Below, piece by piece: positions 23,613-33,617 of a stretch of DNA of 38,458 nucleotides. The position numbers and the translations under genes were made by a program. The stretch lies in IMG/VR virus record IMGVR_UViG_3300039071_000077, positions 1 through 38,458 of that record; one strand, given 5' to 3'. Source of the stretch: a virus. Position 1 is the first letter of the stretch, and the number at the start of each line of letters is the position of its first letter. The notes under the pieces are model-generated. The model had not been told where the DNA came from and did not search any database. It saw only the letters and a list, made by a program, of their open reading frames with translations.

Positions 23613-25514
23613 TAATTTCATTTTTACTTCTTGATAGTTGTTTGAAGCTTCTGTTGTTTCAACATCAATAATTCTAAAGCGTTGGTTGTTTATATAAACC
23701 GCCTTCGCTTTATTTATTTTGGAAATTTCGGTTTCTGTAAAATATCCGGTTACTTCACAATTGGATGCATTTAATAAAAATTTCAACCAACGTTTGAAAA
23801 ACGTATCATATACTCCTTTTTCACCTGAAATATTTAAATTAAAACCGTTTTCTGTGTTTTCCGCTGTAAATGGAGCAGTAGCTTCATCATAAATAACCAA
23901 ACCAACACCTTCTTTATCTTGAATATCTTCTGACAAAACAGAAGTGTAACCATTTCTTGGTAATGTTTTAAATTTAGATTCTAACTTTTTGGTAAAATCA
24001 TCATCTTGATTGGTGTATGTAACAATCTCTCCTTGTTTAATGAATAATGCTAAATCTTCATCGTTTTCATATTTTAAAACAAACGAAGAATTGGCAGCAA
24101 TATCATAAGATTTCATTGTTAGTGATTGTGAAATAATAGCTGGAGTTTCATTTAATACTATTTCTTCATTCAAATTCAAGGTAATTTCCTTTTTAAAATC
24201 ATCCAAAGTAATATCTAAATTGAATTGATTTTTTAAATAATTCAAGTAATTTCCAACTGACCAATCAGGAGCAAATCTACCTAATTGAATAGTTGGATGC
24301 ATTTGACTGAACTCTTTTTCATCGCCTATATAAGTCAATGATAAAGAATAATTTATTGGCAATATTTCTTTTGAAGCTCTATACATAAAACGAACAATTC
24401 CTAATGATGTGAAATCATGTTCTATTTCTCCAGAAACAAAAACATTGTTTCCTGAATTATATCTAATTGTTTGATAAATTAATCCTCTATACCATTGACC
24501 AATAGGTTTAAAATACAGCTCTACTTTGTAATATTGTAAAAAAGAATCTGCTATTGCATGTGGAAACTCAAAATTAAAATTAATCTTATACCTGCCAGTT
24601 TGAGTGATTGTGTATTCTGAAATTGGTGACGCATAATACTTATTATCTTCAGAATTTAAATTTAATTCGTCACTTAATAAAATATCAACTGGCGCAGGAG
24701 CCAACATTGTTTTAGAAACATTGTCTCTTTTTGGAACTAACATTAATCTTTTAATCAATTCATGTGTTGGGAAATCGCCCGAAATTTTCCAACCTAATGA
24801 AGTAAAAATATAATGTAGTGGTGTTAAAATGAATAAATGCGGAACTGGAACGTTCTTATTTACAACCGTAACTTCTGAACCGTCTACCTCTCCAGTATTT
24901 AATAAAAATATAGTTTCTTCAAGCTCATTTTCTCCAAAATTATTAATGTGATTTTGATAAGCAAACCAAGGGTCTGTGCTTTCTAATCCAACACCATATT
25001 TATTTAACCAATAGATTGTTGGGAAATTAAATTTTACATCAGGATATATTTGACCAATAATTGAAACTGGAAAGGTTTCCCAATATTCATTTCCTGTAAT
25101 TAACTCGGTGCTTTCTTCTGTAAATGGAATTGGAGAAGTTTCTCCTGGTATAACAGAAACGCTTGGTAAAAATTCGGCAATCTTTTTATTTACTATAGGA
25201 ATAATATCGGAGCCATATTTTAGATTGCACTTTCTGAATTTTGGAAGCACCGTCAATTGTTGAAGCTCACCATAATAGCGAACTCCGTTTTCTAAAATAA
25301 CAACCGGAACTATTTTATTCTTTCTGATGGAAGTAATATCAGAAGGACCCAGTATGTTTTTTGTAATATCATTTTCAATTACCAAAAATGGAAATGATGA
25401 ATGTGGCACTTTAAAATCAGATGACAACGAATTGTTTTCTTTTTTTAAAGTAAGTGAATCTTTTTTGTACTCAATTTCGATTCCTGTTGTGGAAAATATT
25501 CTAACTAAAGACAT
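23595..25514 (-). CDS. Putative tail tip / baseplate hub protein (Tal position)
   Basis: 639 aa. Second gene after the tape measure, with TAATG coupling to the upstream gene. Its end overlaps the integrase end by 18 nt. Confidence 0.4.
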   Translation of the reverse strand: MSLVRIFSTTGIEIEYKKDSLTLKKENNSLSSDFKVPHSSFPFLVIENDITKNILGPSDITSIRKNKIVPVVILENGVRYYGELQQLTVLPKFRKCNLKYGSDIIPIVNKKIAEFLPSVSVIPGETSPIPFTEESTELITGNEYWETFPVSIIGQIYPDVKFNFPTIYWLNKYGVGLESTDPWFAYQNHINNFGENELEETIFLLNTGEVDGSEVTVVNKNVPVPHLFILTPLHYIFTSLGWKISGDFPTHELIKRLMLVPKRDNVSKTMLAPAPVDILLSDELNLNSEDNKYYASPISEYTITQTGRYKINFNFEFPHAIADSFLQYYKVELYFKPIGQWYRGLIYQTIRYNSGNNVFVSGEIEHDFTSLGIVRFMYRASKEILPINYSLSLTYIGDEKEFSQMHPTIQLGRFAPDWSVGNYLNYLKNQFNLDITLDDFKKEITLNLNEEIVLNETPAIISQSLTMKSYDIAANSSFVLKYENDEDLALFIKQGEIVTYTNQDDDFTKKLESKFKTLPRNGYTSVLSEDIQDKEGVGLVIYDEATAPFTAENTENGFNLNISGEKGVYDTFFKRWLKFLLNASNCEVTGYFTETEISKINKAKAVYINNQRFRIIDVETTEASNNYQEVKMKLLSVNY

Positions 25515-26878
25515 TATGTTGTTGGTGTTAAAATGTTAGAGTAAATTGTTTCGCCATTATAATTTGAAAAGATTCTTACATCTGATATTCCACTCAAAAC
25601 ACCTACACTATATTGTTGTGGAGAAATAATAGAAGGAAATTCAACTGGTGCAGTCCAAACACCACCAGAATATCTTGTTTGATAAAACAATTGGAATATT
25701 GGGAAATTAGCTTCAAATACAATATCATAAATTGACATTCCAGTTTCAGTATCAAATTCATTAAAAATAGAACTTATAATTGTTAACTCATAAGTAATAG
25801 ATTCCTCTGTAATACTTCCGTTAACATTTAAGTTTGAGAAAGGCAATCCAGCCGAGAATGTAAAGGTTAAATCTTCTGAATAAATATTTAATCTCGATTT
25901 TAAATTGGTGCTTTTTTTAGTAGCGGTGTTTACTCGTTTGTATTCGGTTCCGTTTTTAAAGAAGCATTCAATTGAATTGGCAATCTCGTTCACAATGTCT
26001 TTTTCTAAAATAGAAAGTCCACCTGTGTTAATAATATAAGTTCCGTCTTCTTCTACAGCATAAACTGCGGTTGATGTATCGTATCGCTCATATGATTGTA
26101 CTTTGTAACCGCTTGTGTTTTCAAAATCGCCATCAAAATACGCTGGAATGTAGTAACCAAAGTTGTTTTGAAAAACTACTTCTTTCACTTCATAGTTTGG
26201 CAAACGCAATACTTTGTATATTTTTTCTGTGGTGGTGGTTCCTACTTCAATAGTAGCGCGCAAAAATAAAGCTGCCGAAATAACAGTTACTTCGGAAAGG
26301 TTAAGTGTATAAATATAAACTTTCTTTCCGGTAACTCCTGAAATGGTTTGTGTGTGAAGTGTGTTTCCAATATCGTCTTTAATAGTCACTTTCACATCTT
26401 CATCTTCGGCATTAACATAAAATGGAATTACAATTGTGCCATCTTTTTTCATATTCATTCTTGGCGCATTTAAACCAAAAACCACTAATTTATTGATGTC
26501 GTTAAATAGTGCTGATTTCACATTGTACAATAAATAGAAATCAGGAAGTATTACCGTTCCCAAAAGCACATCGGTATCAATGTCTAGTTCTTCGATAACA
26601 ATTGAAACTTTCTTTTTAAAATTGGTTTGTTCTAACAATCCAGTTGTGAAATTTCCTAAAAAGTAAGGTTTGAAATAGGCATTGTACAAATACAACAAAT
26701 CTTTAGTTGCTGTAAAATCATCTTTTCGGCTCCAACCTTGCTCATCAAATAAAGCATCATCGATGTAAATTTTTGCTCTAAAATAGCCGTCAGCATTATC
26801 AGATGTAACGGTAATGACTGTATTGTTTCCGTCTAATAAATAGCGGTTTTCTGGTGGGAAATTGATTACTTGTATCAT
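25514..26878 (-). CDS. Putative distal tail protein (Dit position)
   Basis: 454 aa. Lies immediately downstream of the tape measure gene. Confidence 0.4.
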   Translation of the reverse strand: MIQVINFPPENRYLLDGNNTVITVTSDNADGYFRAKIYIDDALFDEQGWSRKDDFTATKDLLYLYNAYFKPYFLGNFTTGLLEQTNFKKKVSIVIEELDIDTDVLLGTVILPDFYLLYNVKSALFNDINKLVVFGLNAPRMNMKKDGTIVIPFYVNAEDEDVKVTIKDDIGNTLHTQTISGVTGKKVYIYTLNLSEVTVISAALFLRATIEVGTTTTEKIYKVLRLPNYEVKEVVFQNNFGYYIPAYFDGDFENTSGYKVQSYERYDTSTAVYAVEEDGTYIINTGGLSILEKDIVNEIANSIECFFKNGTEYKRVNTATKKSTNLKSRLNIYSEDLTFTFSAGLPFSNLNVNGSITEESITYELTIISSIFNEFDTETGMSIYDIVFEANFPIFQLFYQTRYSGGVWTAPVEFPSIISPQQYSVGVLSGISDVRIFSNYNGETIYSNILTPTT

Positions 26879-26888
26879 TGTTTTTTAT

Positions 26889-29800
26889 TTATCCGATTGT
26901 TCCATTTTGAGAAGCAGAAGTAATTTCATTTTTCATGTCTTCCATTGCTTCAACATCTTTATAACCTAAATTTAATTTTGCCATAATTCCGTTTGATAGT
27001 GTTGCATTCAAATTATTTACAGCATTTACCAACATTGCAGTTTCATTTGATGAAGTTGCTACTGGGTTCTGACCGACTACACCAGGAGAAGTTGCACCAC
27101 CATCTACATAACCACGCATTTTGCTTTGTCTATTGGCTTCTAACCAACCTATTGTATTGGCAAATCGTGGGTCTTGTGTCATACTTTCCGGAATAACATA
27201 CTCATTTTTGTGAACGTAGCCTGTTACTGGTCCGTATTCATCATAACCAAGTGCAGCAGTTGTTCCTGTGTTACCACCGTAGAAAAATTTAGGAGATTTT
27301 GGAGGTTTAGCACTTGCAATTTTACCTACTTGTGCTATTGTTGTAATTCCTGCTGCTGCAATTGCCGCCCACATTGCAAAACCACCATCAAATTTTGGGT
27401 ATTGCGCTAAAATAGAAGTAACAGCCATAGCTCCATTGATTCCAGCCTGAATAATTGCCAATTCTTTAGACTGACCAAACATTTCTCCAATAGCTCCAGC
27501 AACTTGACTTAAACCACCAAGAGTTCCTTGCAATTGTTGAAGCTCGCGAACTCTGTCCATTTCATCCTGCTTCTTTTTTGCTAATTCTTTAAAACGAGCG
27601 TATTCCTCATCCGTAATCTTTTTATCAGCGTAAAGTTTAGCGTATCGCTGTAATTCAACTTGGTAATCTTGTTCTTGTTTTATTTTATCGGCTTCGGCTT
27701 TGGTTTCGGCTTCGGCTAATGCTAATTCATTATCGAGAGCCAATTGCTCGGCTTTTAATATTTTTTGTTCTTGCTCGTATTGTAATTTTAGTGCATCAGT
27801 TGATTGTTGGAAACCAAGTTCTAACTCTTGATTTCTCATTTGATACTCTAAGTTCAACGCTTCTTTTTCTGCATTAAGAACTTCAACTGATGTTTTTTCT
27901 AAAACAGCTTTGGCTTCTAAATCGGCAATCTTTCGAGCCAACTCATTATTATTAAATTGAATTTGAGCGTCTTTTATTTTTTGTAAACGTTCAGTTTCAA
28001 TTGCAATGCTTTCAGGTGTTAAGGCTTTTTCTTTATCAAGCGTAGAGCGTAAATCAAAAATATATTTATCTAATTGCGCTTTAGCTAAATTGGCTTTTGC
28101 ATCGGCTAACGCTTTGGCTTTATCGTATTGTTCCTTTGCGGCTTTTTCTTCTTCGGCTTTGCGTTTTGCAGCTGCATCTTCACGTGCTTTTTGTTCTGCT
28201 TTTATTGCATCTGCAGTAGCACCACCACCACCAGAACCCGATGTTGAATTTGTTGTTTTATTATTGGTAACAGTTTGAACTTCGGCTTTTATTTTTACTT
28301 CTTTTGATTTAAAACCTTCAATTGATTTTTTAAGTTTATCAACGTCTAATCCTAAAGCTTCAAGTACTGGTGCAATATTGCTAATAATTCCAAGTACAGC
28401 ATCTAAAACAATATTTTTAAGTTTTCCAAAAGCATTTCCAACGGTATTTACAACTTTTAAAAATCCGTTTTTTAATGCATCTAATGCTCCAGAAAAATCT
28501 CCTGAAAATATCTTTTTAAAGAACTCTACAAAAGTCGATACTACATTTCCAATAAGTTTGAAGTTGGTTTTAATCAACTCAAAGAAAACCATAAATGTAG
28601 CTTTTGTACTTTCCCAAGCGTTTGAGAATACAACGCCAACAAAATCAATTAAAGGTTGAATGTCTTGTTTTACTTCTGAAATATATTCTAACATTGAAGC
28701 AAAAGCATCTACAGAAACCGCTTTAATTTTTGTCCAAATATCTCCAAAATCTTTGATTTCAAATAACTCGGCTTGTGCTTTATTTAATCTTTCGTTTGCA
28801 TCAACCAATTGAAGTGAAGCTTTTGCAGTTGCATCCAACTCTCGTTTTGCTGATTGTCCTAAAGCTTCAAATATCTTTTGCGCACCACCAGCATCTTCTC
28901 CAGCACCTTTGAAAACATCTGCGGTCAATTGTGCATATTGTTGTTGCGAAAGATTAGATTCTTGTGCTTTTTGTGCAATAGCTTCTAAAGCTTGTTTGGT
29001 TGTGAGTTCTCCAGTTTTAACCTTATTCAATACTTCATCAGAGAATGAAGCACCGAAAGCATTCACCAAAGCATCACGTGTTGACTTGGTATTTTCTTTT
29101 AATGCCAAATCTGCTTCTTTTAAAGCATCTGGAAGTTTGTCAGAGTAAATTCCTAAATCATAACCAGTGTTGATTACGTTTGCAAATTCTTGTGCTGAAT
29201 ATCCTGCTTTTGCAAAGAACTCATCATATTCTCCCAATGAATCCAAAAACTCACCATTTTGCGCACCACCCGAAGCCAATCCTTCAGCAATAACACGATT
29301 GGCTTCTGACATTGAAATTCCGTAGGTTTTGGAAAGCGAGTTTGCTTTTTCTGCAATTTCTTTGAAGTCTTTGTCGAATGTTTCTGCAGTAGCGGAAATT
29401 TCATCGCGAACTTTTGAAATTTCGGAAGCGTTTACACCAAGAGCACGAAGCTCTGAATTCATAGTATTTAATTCTTGATTGTAATCAAATAACGCTTTTG
29501 CTCCTGCACCCAAAGCAGCTAATCCTGCAATTGCAGCACCAATTGGTGTAGCAATAAAAGCCAATGAAGATTTCAGTAATCCACCCATTCCAGAAGTAAT
29601 AGAACTAATTCCTTCTTTTGCTCCTTGCAAATCACCTGAAATAAGCGAATCCCAAATTCCTGTAAGTGTGCCACGCAAACCTCCTGAAATTTCGTTGGCT
29701 TCTTGCATGGTTTTATTTGTCAAACCAAGTTCTTCACGATAAGCAGATTGTCGTTGGCGCAATTGATCCATTGTTTGCGCTAATTCTTTTGAGTCTTTTT

Positions 29801-29942
29801 CGTAGGTTTCAGAATCAGAGTTTAGTAAACGCATTCTGTTACGCACTTGTGCCATTGCGCCTTCCACTCCTTTTAAGGAATTTTCGACTTCTTTTCCATT
29901 TACGAAAATGGATATTCTTCTGGTAACGTTGTCTTTACTCAT
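26889..29942 (-). CDS. Tail tape measure protein
   Basis: 1017 aa. Has hydrophobic Gly/Ala-rich segments and a long Ala/Lys/Glu coiled-coil core (AEQKAREDAAAKRKAEEEKAAKEQ). It is the largest virion-module gene (only the primase-helicase ORF is longer). Confidence 0.85.
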   Translation of the reverse strand: MSKDNVTRRISIFVNGKEVENSLKGVEGAMAQVRNRMRLLNSDSETYEKDSKELAQTMDQLRQRQSAYREELGLTNKTMQEANEISGGLRGTLTGIWDSLISGDLQGAKEGISSITSGMGGLLKSSLAFIATPIGAAIAGLAALGAGAKALFDYNQELNTMNSELRALGVNASEISKVRDEISATAETFDKDFKEIAEKANSLSKTYGISMSEANRVIAEGLASGGAQNGEFLDSLGEYDEFFAKAGYSAQEFANVINTGYDLGIYSDKLPDALKEADLALKENTKSTRDALVNAFGASFSDEVLNKVKTGELTTKQALEAIAQKAQESNLSQQQYAQLTADVFKGAGEDAGGAQKIFEALGQSAKRELDATAKASLQLVDANERLNKAQAELFEIKDFGDIWTKIKAVSVDAFASMLEYISEVKQDIQPLIDFVGVVFSNAWESTKATFMVFFELIKTNFKLIGNVVSTFVEFFKKIFSGDFSGALDALKNGFLKVVNTVGNAFGKLKNIVLDAVLGIISNIAPVLEALGLDVDKLKKSIEGFKSKEVKIKAEVQTVTNNKTTNSTSGSGGGGATADAIKAEQKAREDAAAKRKAEEEKAAKEQYDKAKALADAKANLAKAQLDKYIFDLRSTLDKEKALTPESIAIETERLQKIKDAQIQFNNNELARKIADLEAKAVLEKTSVEVLNAEKEALNLEYQMRNQELELGFQQSTDALKLQYEQEQKILKAEQLALDNELALAEAETKAEADKIKQEQDYQVELQRYAKLYADKKITDEEYARFKELAKKKQDEMDRVRELQQLQGTLGGLSQVAGAIGEMFGQSKELAIIQAGINGAMAVTSILAQYPKFDGGFAMWAAIAAAGITTIAQVGKIASAKPPKSPKFFYGGNTGTTAALGYDEYGPVTGYVHKNEYVIPESMTQDPRFANTIGWLEANRQSKMRGYVDGGATSPGVVGQNPVATSSNETAMLVNAVNNLNATLSNGIMAKLNLGYKDVEAMEDMKNEITSASQNGTIG

Positions 29943-30351
29943 TGCCTAACGTGTTGGATGATTTCATATTATTATCAAAACCGAAGTTGATTCGGTTTAT
30001 AATTACTTCTGCTCTTTGATTTCCGATGATGTCGGCTAAATCTTCTACTGCTTTGCCACGTTCTACAGCATCGATAATGAAATCACGTGCTTTTAATCTT
30101 GCGTTGATTCCGTTTGCTTTTGTGCCTTCAAATCCTACGTGAAGAATTGGATAGATGTAGTAAGGTGTAAAAATGGTGATGCGCTCTAAAAGATTGTTTT
30201 TGTAAAATGGTTTTACGGTTGACTTTGAAGCCAAACCGCTACCCTTTTGCGTTTTGCTACGAATAGAAGAAAGCAAGTTGCGTTTGATTCGGTTTGCGAA
30301 TTGTGTTCCTGCTTGTTTTTCTAACATAAATAAATCTACTTGACCAGCCAT
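29935..30351 (-). CDS. Possible HK97 gp10-like tail-completion / neck protein
   Basis: 138 aa. HVGFEGTKANGINARLKARDFIIDAV resembles the vEfGT...a.pFl core of the gp10 family (from memory). Overlaps the tape measure start by 8 nt. Confidence 0.35.
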   Translation of the reverse strand: MAGQVDLFMLEKQAGTQFANRIKRNLLSSIRSKTQKGSGLASKSTVKPFYKNNLLERITIFTPYYIYPILHVGFEGTKANGINARLKARDFIIDAVERGKAVEDLADIIGNQRAEVIINRINFGFDNNMKSSNTLGNE

Positions 30352-30395
30352 TTTTTGTATTTATTTATGGTAAAATTAGGTTTGAGTAATGGCAA

Positions 30396-30406
30396 AAAAT
30401 AGGACA
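30396..30406 (-). promoter_or_regulatory. TGTCCTATTTT motif, site 4 (44 nt before ATG 30351)
   Basis: Exact 11-mer, lying directly after terminator 30409-30430. Confidence 0.55.
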
Positions 30407-30408
30407 AC

Positions 30409-30430
30409 AAAAAACCACCCCGAAGAGTGG
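30409..30430 (-). terminator. Intrinsic terminator, CCACUC-UUCG-GGGUGG plus U6
   Basis: Near-identical to the hairpin at 5578-5593. Lies 8 nt after the stop of the secreted moron gene. Confidence 0.8.
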
Positions 30431-30438
30431 TTTAGTGA

Positions 30439-30816
30439 TTAACAAAACTTTAAAACAAGAAAATTACCAGGATCAATATGGAGATTATTGTGTTGTTCAA
30501 AATTAGTTTTCAAATTGAGGTTTTCATTATCTATAAACCGCCAACTATAAAACTGATTTTTTGTGTTTTTCTGAATGTTTAAATCAGCAGGAGTATTTTT
30601 CAAACTATAGTTCCACAATTCCACAGGCCTGTGAATACTACAATTATCAAAAAGAATTTGTGGAACTTCTACATAAACTTCCAACGTAGCAACAAAATTA
30701 AAAGCATCTGCTTTTACAATTTCTGTTTTTACTCCATCATCAGGAGCGTGTGCTTGTACTGGCAAGGCACTTAACGTAAACAACGCTAAAATTAAGCCGA
30801 AAACAAATTTTTTCAT
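30439..30816 (-). CDS. Secreted hypothetical protein, 125 aa (moron)
   Basis: Signal peptide MKKFVFGLILALFTLSALPVQA. Own upstream motif site (30873-30883) and its own UUCG-loop terminator (30409-30430). Confidence 0.7.
   Translation of the reverse strand: MKKFVFGLILALFTLSALPVQAHAPDDGVKTEIVKADAFNFVATLEVYVEVPQILFDNCSIHRPVELWNYSLKNTPADLNIQKNTKNQFYSWRFIDNENLNLKTNFEQHNNLHIDPGNFLVLKFC
30609..30666. repeat. Satellite copies of the iteron unit inside the moron CDS
   Basis: The 17-mer AGTTCCACAATTCCACA (30609-30625) is identical to 12233-12249. There is also a palindrome CACAGGCCTGTG (30622-30633) and an inverted TGTGGAAC (30659-30666). Confidence 0.6.
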
Positions 30817-30872
30817 AAAATGATATTTGGTTATTTTTTAATTAAATCAAATTTATAAACAACACTTTCCAA

Positions 30873-30883
30873 AAAATAGGACA
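30873..30883 (-). promoter_or_regulatory. TGTCCTATTTT motif, site 5 (56 nt before ATG 30816)
   Basis: Exact 11-mer. An imperfect inverted partner, ggctctattttt, lies at 30903-30914. Confidence 0.55.
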
Positions 30884-30912
30884 CTTCGACAAGCTCAGCG
30901 CAGGCTCTATTT

Positions 30913-31416
30913 TTAAGAGATTAATGGCCATTCCCATTTTTCAGCATCGTAGCACATTGGCTCGTGGTTTTTTAAAGTGTATATTACATTCCAGCCGTAC
31001 ATTCCATCTAAAAGTGGACCTACTTTTTCAACTTGTACGGTATCGATGTCAATCATCCCATACAACCAATGTTCTTTATCGTTTCGACATTTTTTTAGAA
31101 AGGCTACTATATCTAAGGCAATGTTTTCTAATTCATCCAAAACTTCTTCTTTCAAATCGTAGTTATCTGATTTTCCAGCAAATTTCAATAATAAAAATGA
31201 AATTCTACGGTTTGCGAATGTTACGGTTTTGTTGCTGTTTTCTGCTAAATCGGTGGAATGGCTTTCAAGCATAAGTACTGGAGTTTGAATTCCGCTTCTT
31301 AAGTGTCCAGTTAATTCGGTAATATCGAAACGGTAGAAACCATTTATTCCAACGTGAGCTGTTGCAATTTCTTTGTGAAACTGAACTATTTTACTATGTG
31401 TGGCGATGCGTGTCAT
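30913..31416 (-). CDS. Hypothetical virion-module protein, 167 aa
   Basis: TAATG coupling to the upstream gene. Position within the neck/tail block. Confidence 0.6.
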   Translation of the reverse strand: MTRIATHSKIVQFHKEIATAHVGINGFYRFDITELTGHLRSGIQTPVLMLESHSTDLAENSNKTVTFANRRISFLLLKFAGKSDNYDLKEEVLDELENIALDIVAFLKKCRNDKEHWLYGMIDIDTVQVEKVGPLLDGMYGWNVIYTLKNHEPMCYDAEKWEWPLIS

Positions 31417-32153
31417 TATTTCTTGGTTTTTTGTTTGTTGTATTCTTCAATATCATCCTGAAATTGTTGCAGGAATTTGTAAATGTTCGTGCGTTCAATT
31501 GTTGGCAGTTTAGATAAATCGCCTTTTGCCATAGATTGAATTACTTTTCCGAATCCTTGTCGTTTTCCTGTTTCTTTTTTGGTAGATTTTGGAAATGCTT
31601 TTTTGAACTTATTAGCGATGTAGTTCTTACAACCAAAATAAGTTAACTCGGTAATCAATAAAACTTCTACCGGAACCTTGTTATTGATTTGCTTTTCGAG
31701 TTTGTTTTTGTCGAAAGGCTTTCGTTCTTCGGTTTCGGAATACAGCACGTGAAATAAATACTTTAAATATTCAGGGTTTTTTGTTTCTCGGTAACGAATG
31801 TGCAAATCATCGGCAACTGCGAATTCTTCGGCATCAAGGTTTTGAATTCTGTCGGCTGGTGCAAAGTATTGTTTTTTACCTACTTTAATTACCGGAACGA
31901 AGTTGGTGCGGTTGTTTTCTTTCAATAGAAATTCAATGAACTGCTTCCACTCGGAATACGGAACCTGAAATAAGAACAAACGAAGCTGCGCTTTCTTTTT
32001 AAGTTGCCACCATTTTGCATCGACTAAAATTTTGAGCAGTTTTATATCTCGAATTAAGGAAGGTTCTGCGATAGAAAACAGCAAGACAATTCTTTCGAAC
32101 TGCTTTTGATTGAGTTCGTTCCATGATTGTGGTATGTTTAGATTAATCTTCAT
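31416..32153 (-). CDS. Hypothetical protein, 245 aa
   Basis: The ATG at 32153 overlaps the upstream ORF by 11 nt. Confidence 0.65.
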   Translation of the reverse strand: MKINLNIPQSWNELNQKQFERIVLLFSIAEPSLIRDIKLLKILVDAKWWQLKKKAQLRLFLFQVPYSEWKQFIEFLLKENNRTNFVPVIKVGKKQYFAPADRIQNLDAEEFAVADDLHIRYRETKNPEYLKYLFHVLYSETEERKPFDKNKLEKQINNKVPVEVLLITELTYFGCKNYIANKFKKAFPKSTKKETGKRQGFGKVIQSMAKGDLSKLPTIERTNIYKFLQQFQDDIEEYNKQKTKK

Positions 32154-32325
32154 TTCCTACGTTTTTGACTTCGCGAAGCATTTTTGTTTTTAATAAATGA
32201 ATGTCGGCTTCTACTCTTCCTAATTTTTCGTAAAACTCTGATGATGCGGAAGACAACATTTCCAACTGACTTAATAAGTTGGCACGTTTTAATTGTAGGT
32301 TATTTAATTGCTGTTGATCATTCAT
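32143..32325 (-). CDS. Small coiled-coil protein, 60 aa
   Basis: The ATG at 32325 overlaps the upstream stop (TAATG). Heptad-like LNNLQLKRANLLSQLEML. Confidence 0.55.
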   Translation of the reverse strand: MNDQQQLNNLQLKRANLLSQLEMLSSASSEFYEKLGRVEADIHLLKTKMLREVKNVGNED

Positions 32326-32999
32326 TATCTTGAAATTTTAAAAAGTGAGAAATCATAACCAATCATAATGCGTTGTTCGGTATCAAAAGAAAAGCGTAAA
32401 ATGTTACCTTTTGCATTTTGAAAACCTACATTTCCATTAAACAAAGGTTTATCGAATGTTAGCGAGTTTCCTAATCCACCACCAACGAACATTCTGAACT
32501 TAACTTGCTTTTGTGGCACATCGATTTTCTTTGCTTTTATGGTGTAGGTTGGTGTAATTTCTTTGACTTGATTTCCACCAATGATTCCGTTTATTGTAAG
32601 CTTCAAATGTTCATCTTCGAAGTTCGATTCAAACTTTTTCAATTCCGTAGCCAAACGAAACATTTCGGCTTGCTTAATAGAATCTGACCACATGAATTCC
32701 GATTGCATATTATCGATTTCTTCTTGGTAAGCGATAATTCTTTGTTCGGCTTCTGTGATGTCTTTTAAGTACTTTTTTTCGGTTTTAGTGTCTTTGTACC
32801 ACTTTGGTATTTTAATCGTTTCGTGCTTGATAATTGTATCAGCTGGAAGCGTTTTTGTGATTGCAGGAATCGTAACCGAAGTTGTTCCTGGTGTAGAAGT
32901 TCCGGTGCAGCTTCTAAAAAATAAGCAAGCGAAAAACAGAATCCAACCTAAGTAAAGGATTCCGTTTTTAAAATTAGTTGAATGTAAGTTGATTTGCAT
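32325..32999 (-). CDS. Membrane or lipoprotein-like protein, 224 aa, downstream of the endolysin (spanin-like role possible)
   Basis: N-terminal hydrophobic segment ILYLGWILFFACLFF with Cys residues, a central coiled-coil-like region, and a beta-rich C-terminus. Confidence 0.35.
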   Translation of the reverse strand: MQINLHSTNFKNGILYLGWILFFACLFFRSCTGTSTPGTTSVTIPAITKTLPADTIIKHETIKIPKWYKDTKTEKKYLKDITEAEQRIIAYQEEIDNMQSEFMWSDSIKQAEMFRLATELKKFESNFEDEHLKLTINGIIGGNQVKEITPTYTIKAKKIDVPQKQVKFRMFVGGGLGNSLTFDKPLFNGNVGFQNAKGNILRFSFDTEQRIMIGYDFSLFKISR

Positions 33000-33001
33000 T
33001 T

Positions 33002-33616
33002 TTATGATTTTAGTATTTTATAATACATTTTTACTTTTTCGCTGGCATCTTCCAAACCAATAGAACCACCGTTTACTGCTTTTCTAACTTTACGAATGGA
33101 AGCATCAGTAACTGTTGAACACATATTCCAAAGTTTATTGCTTTCAAAATAAAACACTGCCGATTCTAAAGCATATTTTGTTGCAACTGGATTTGGGTCA
33201 GCAACCAAATTGATTCCTAAAAAATCACCTAATAATCGATAGTTATTTTTACCAGTAGTTTGCAAAGCACCACGACCTCTAAATTTCCAACCATCATTAA
33301 AAGTATCATTCCCCATTCTGCCACCATAAACAACATTTGCAATCTTTTGCGGTTTTCTTGCTGCTTCGTTTGCTTCTGCTAATGTTTTAAAATACTTGGG
33401 AAACGTTTGCAACAAACCACGAGAACTGTAATTTAAGTTTTCTTCGAATCGAATAAATCCACCTGTTTCGTGATGTGTATTTCCAACAAAATGCGCTACT
33501 GCTTCAATTGTGGGAATTCGCAATACTTCTTTCATTTTAAGCAAGGTTTTTTTACCAATGATTCCATCATCTAAAAGTCCGTTTGCTTTTTGCCAATTTT
33601 TAATAAAATCACTCAT
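33002..33616 (-). CDS. Endolysin: peptidoglycan-binding domain plus glycoside hydrolase family 19-like catalytic domain
   Basis: N-terminal WQKANGLLDDGIIGKKT (PG_binding_1-like). HHETGGF and FRGRGALQTTGKNNY match GH19-type phage lysin motifs. Confidence 0.85.
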   Translation of the reverse strand: MSDFIKNWQKANGLLDDGIIGKKTLLKMKEVLRIPTIEAVAHFVGNTHHETGGFIRFEENLNYSSRGLLQTFPKYFKTLAEANEAARKPQKIANVVYGGRMGNDTFNDGWKFRGRGALQTTGKNNYRLLGDFLGINLVADPNPVATKYALESAVFYFESNKLWNMCSTVTDASIRKVRKAVNGGSIGLEDASEKVKMYYKILKS

Positions 33617-33617
33617 G

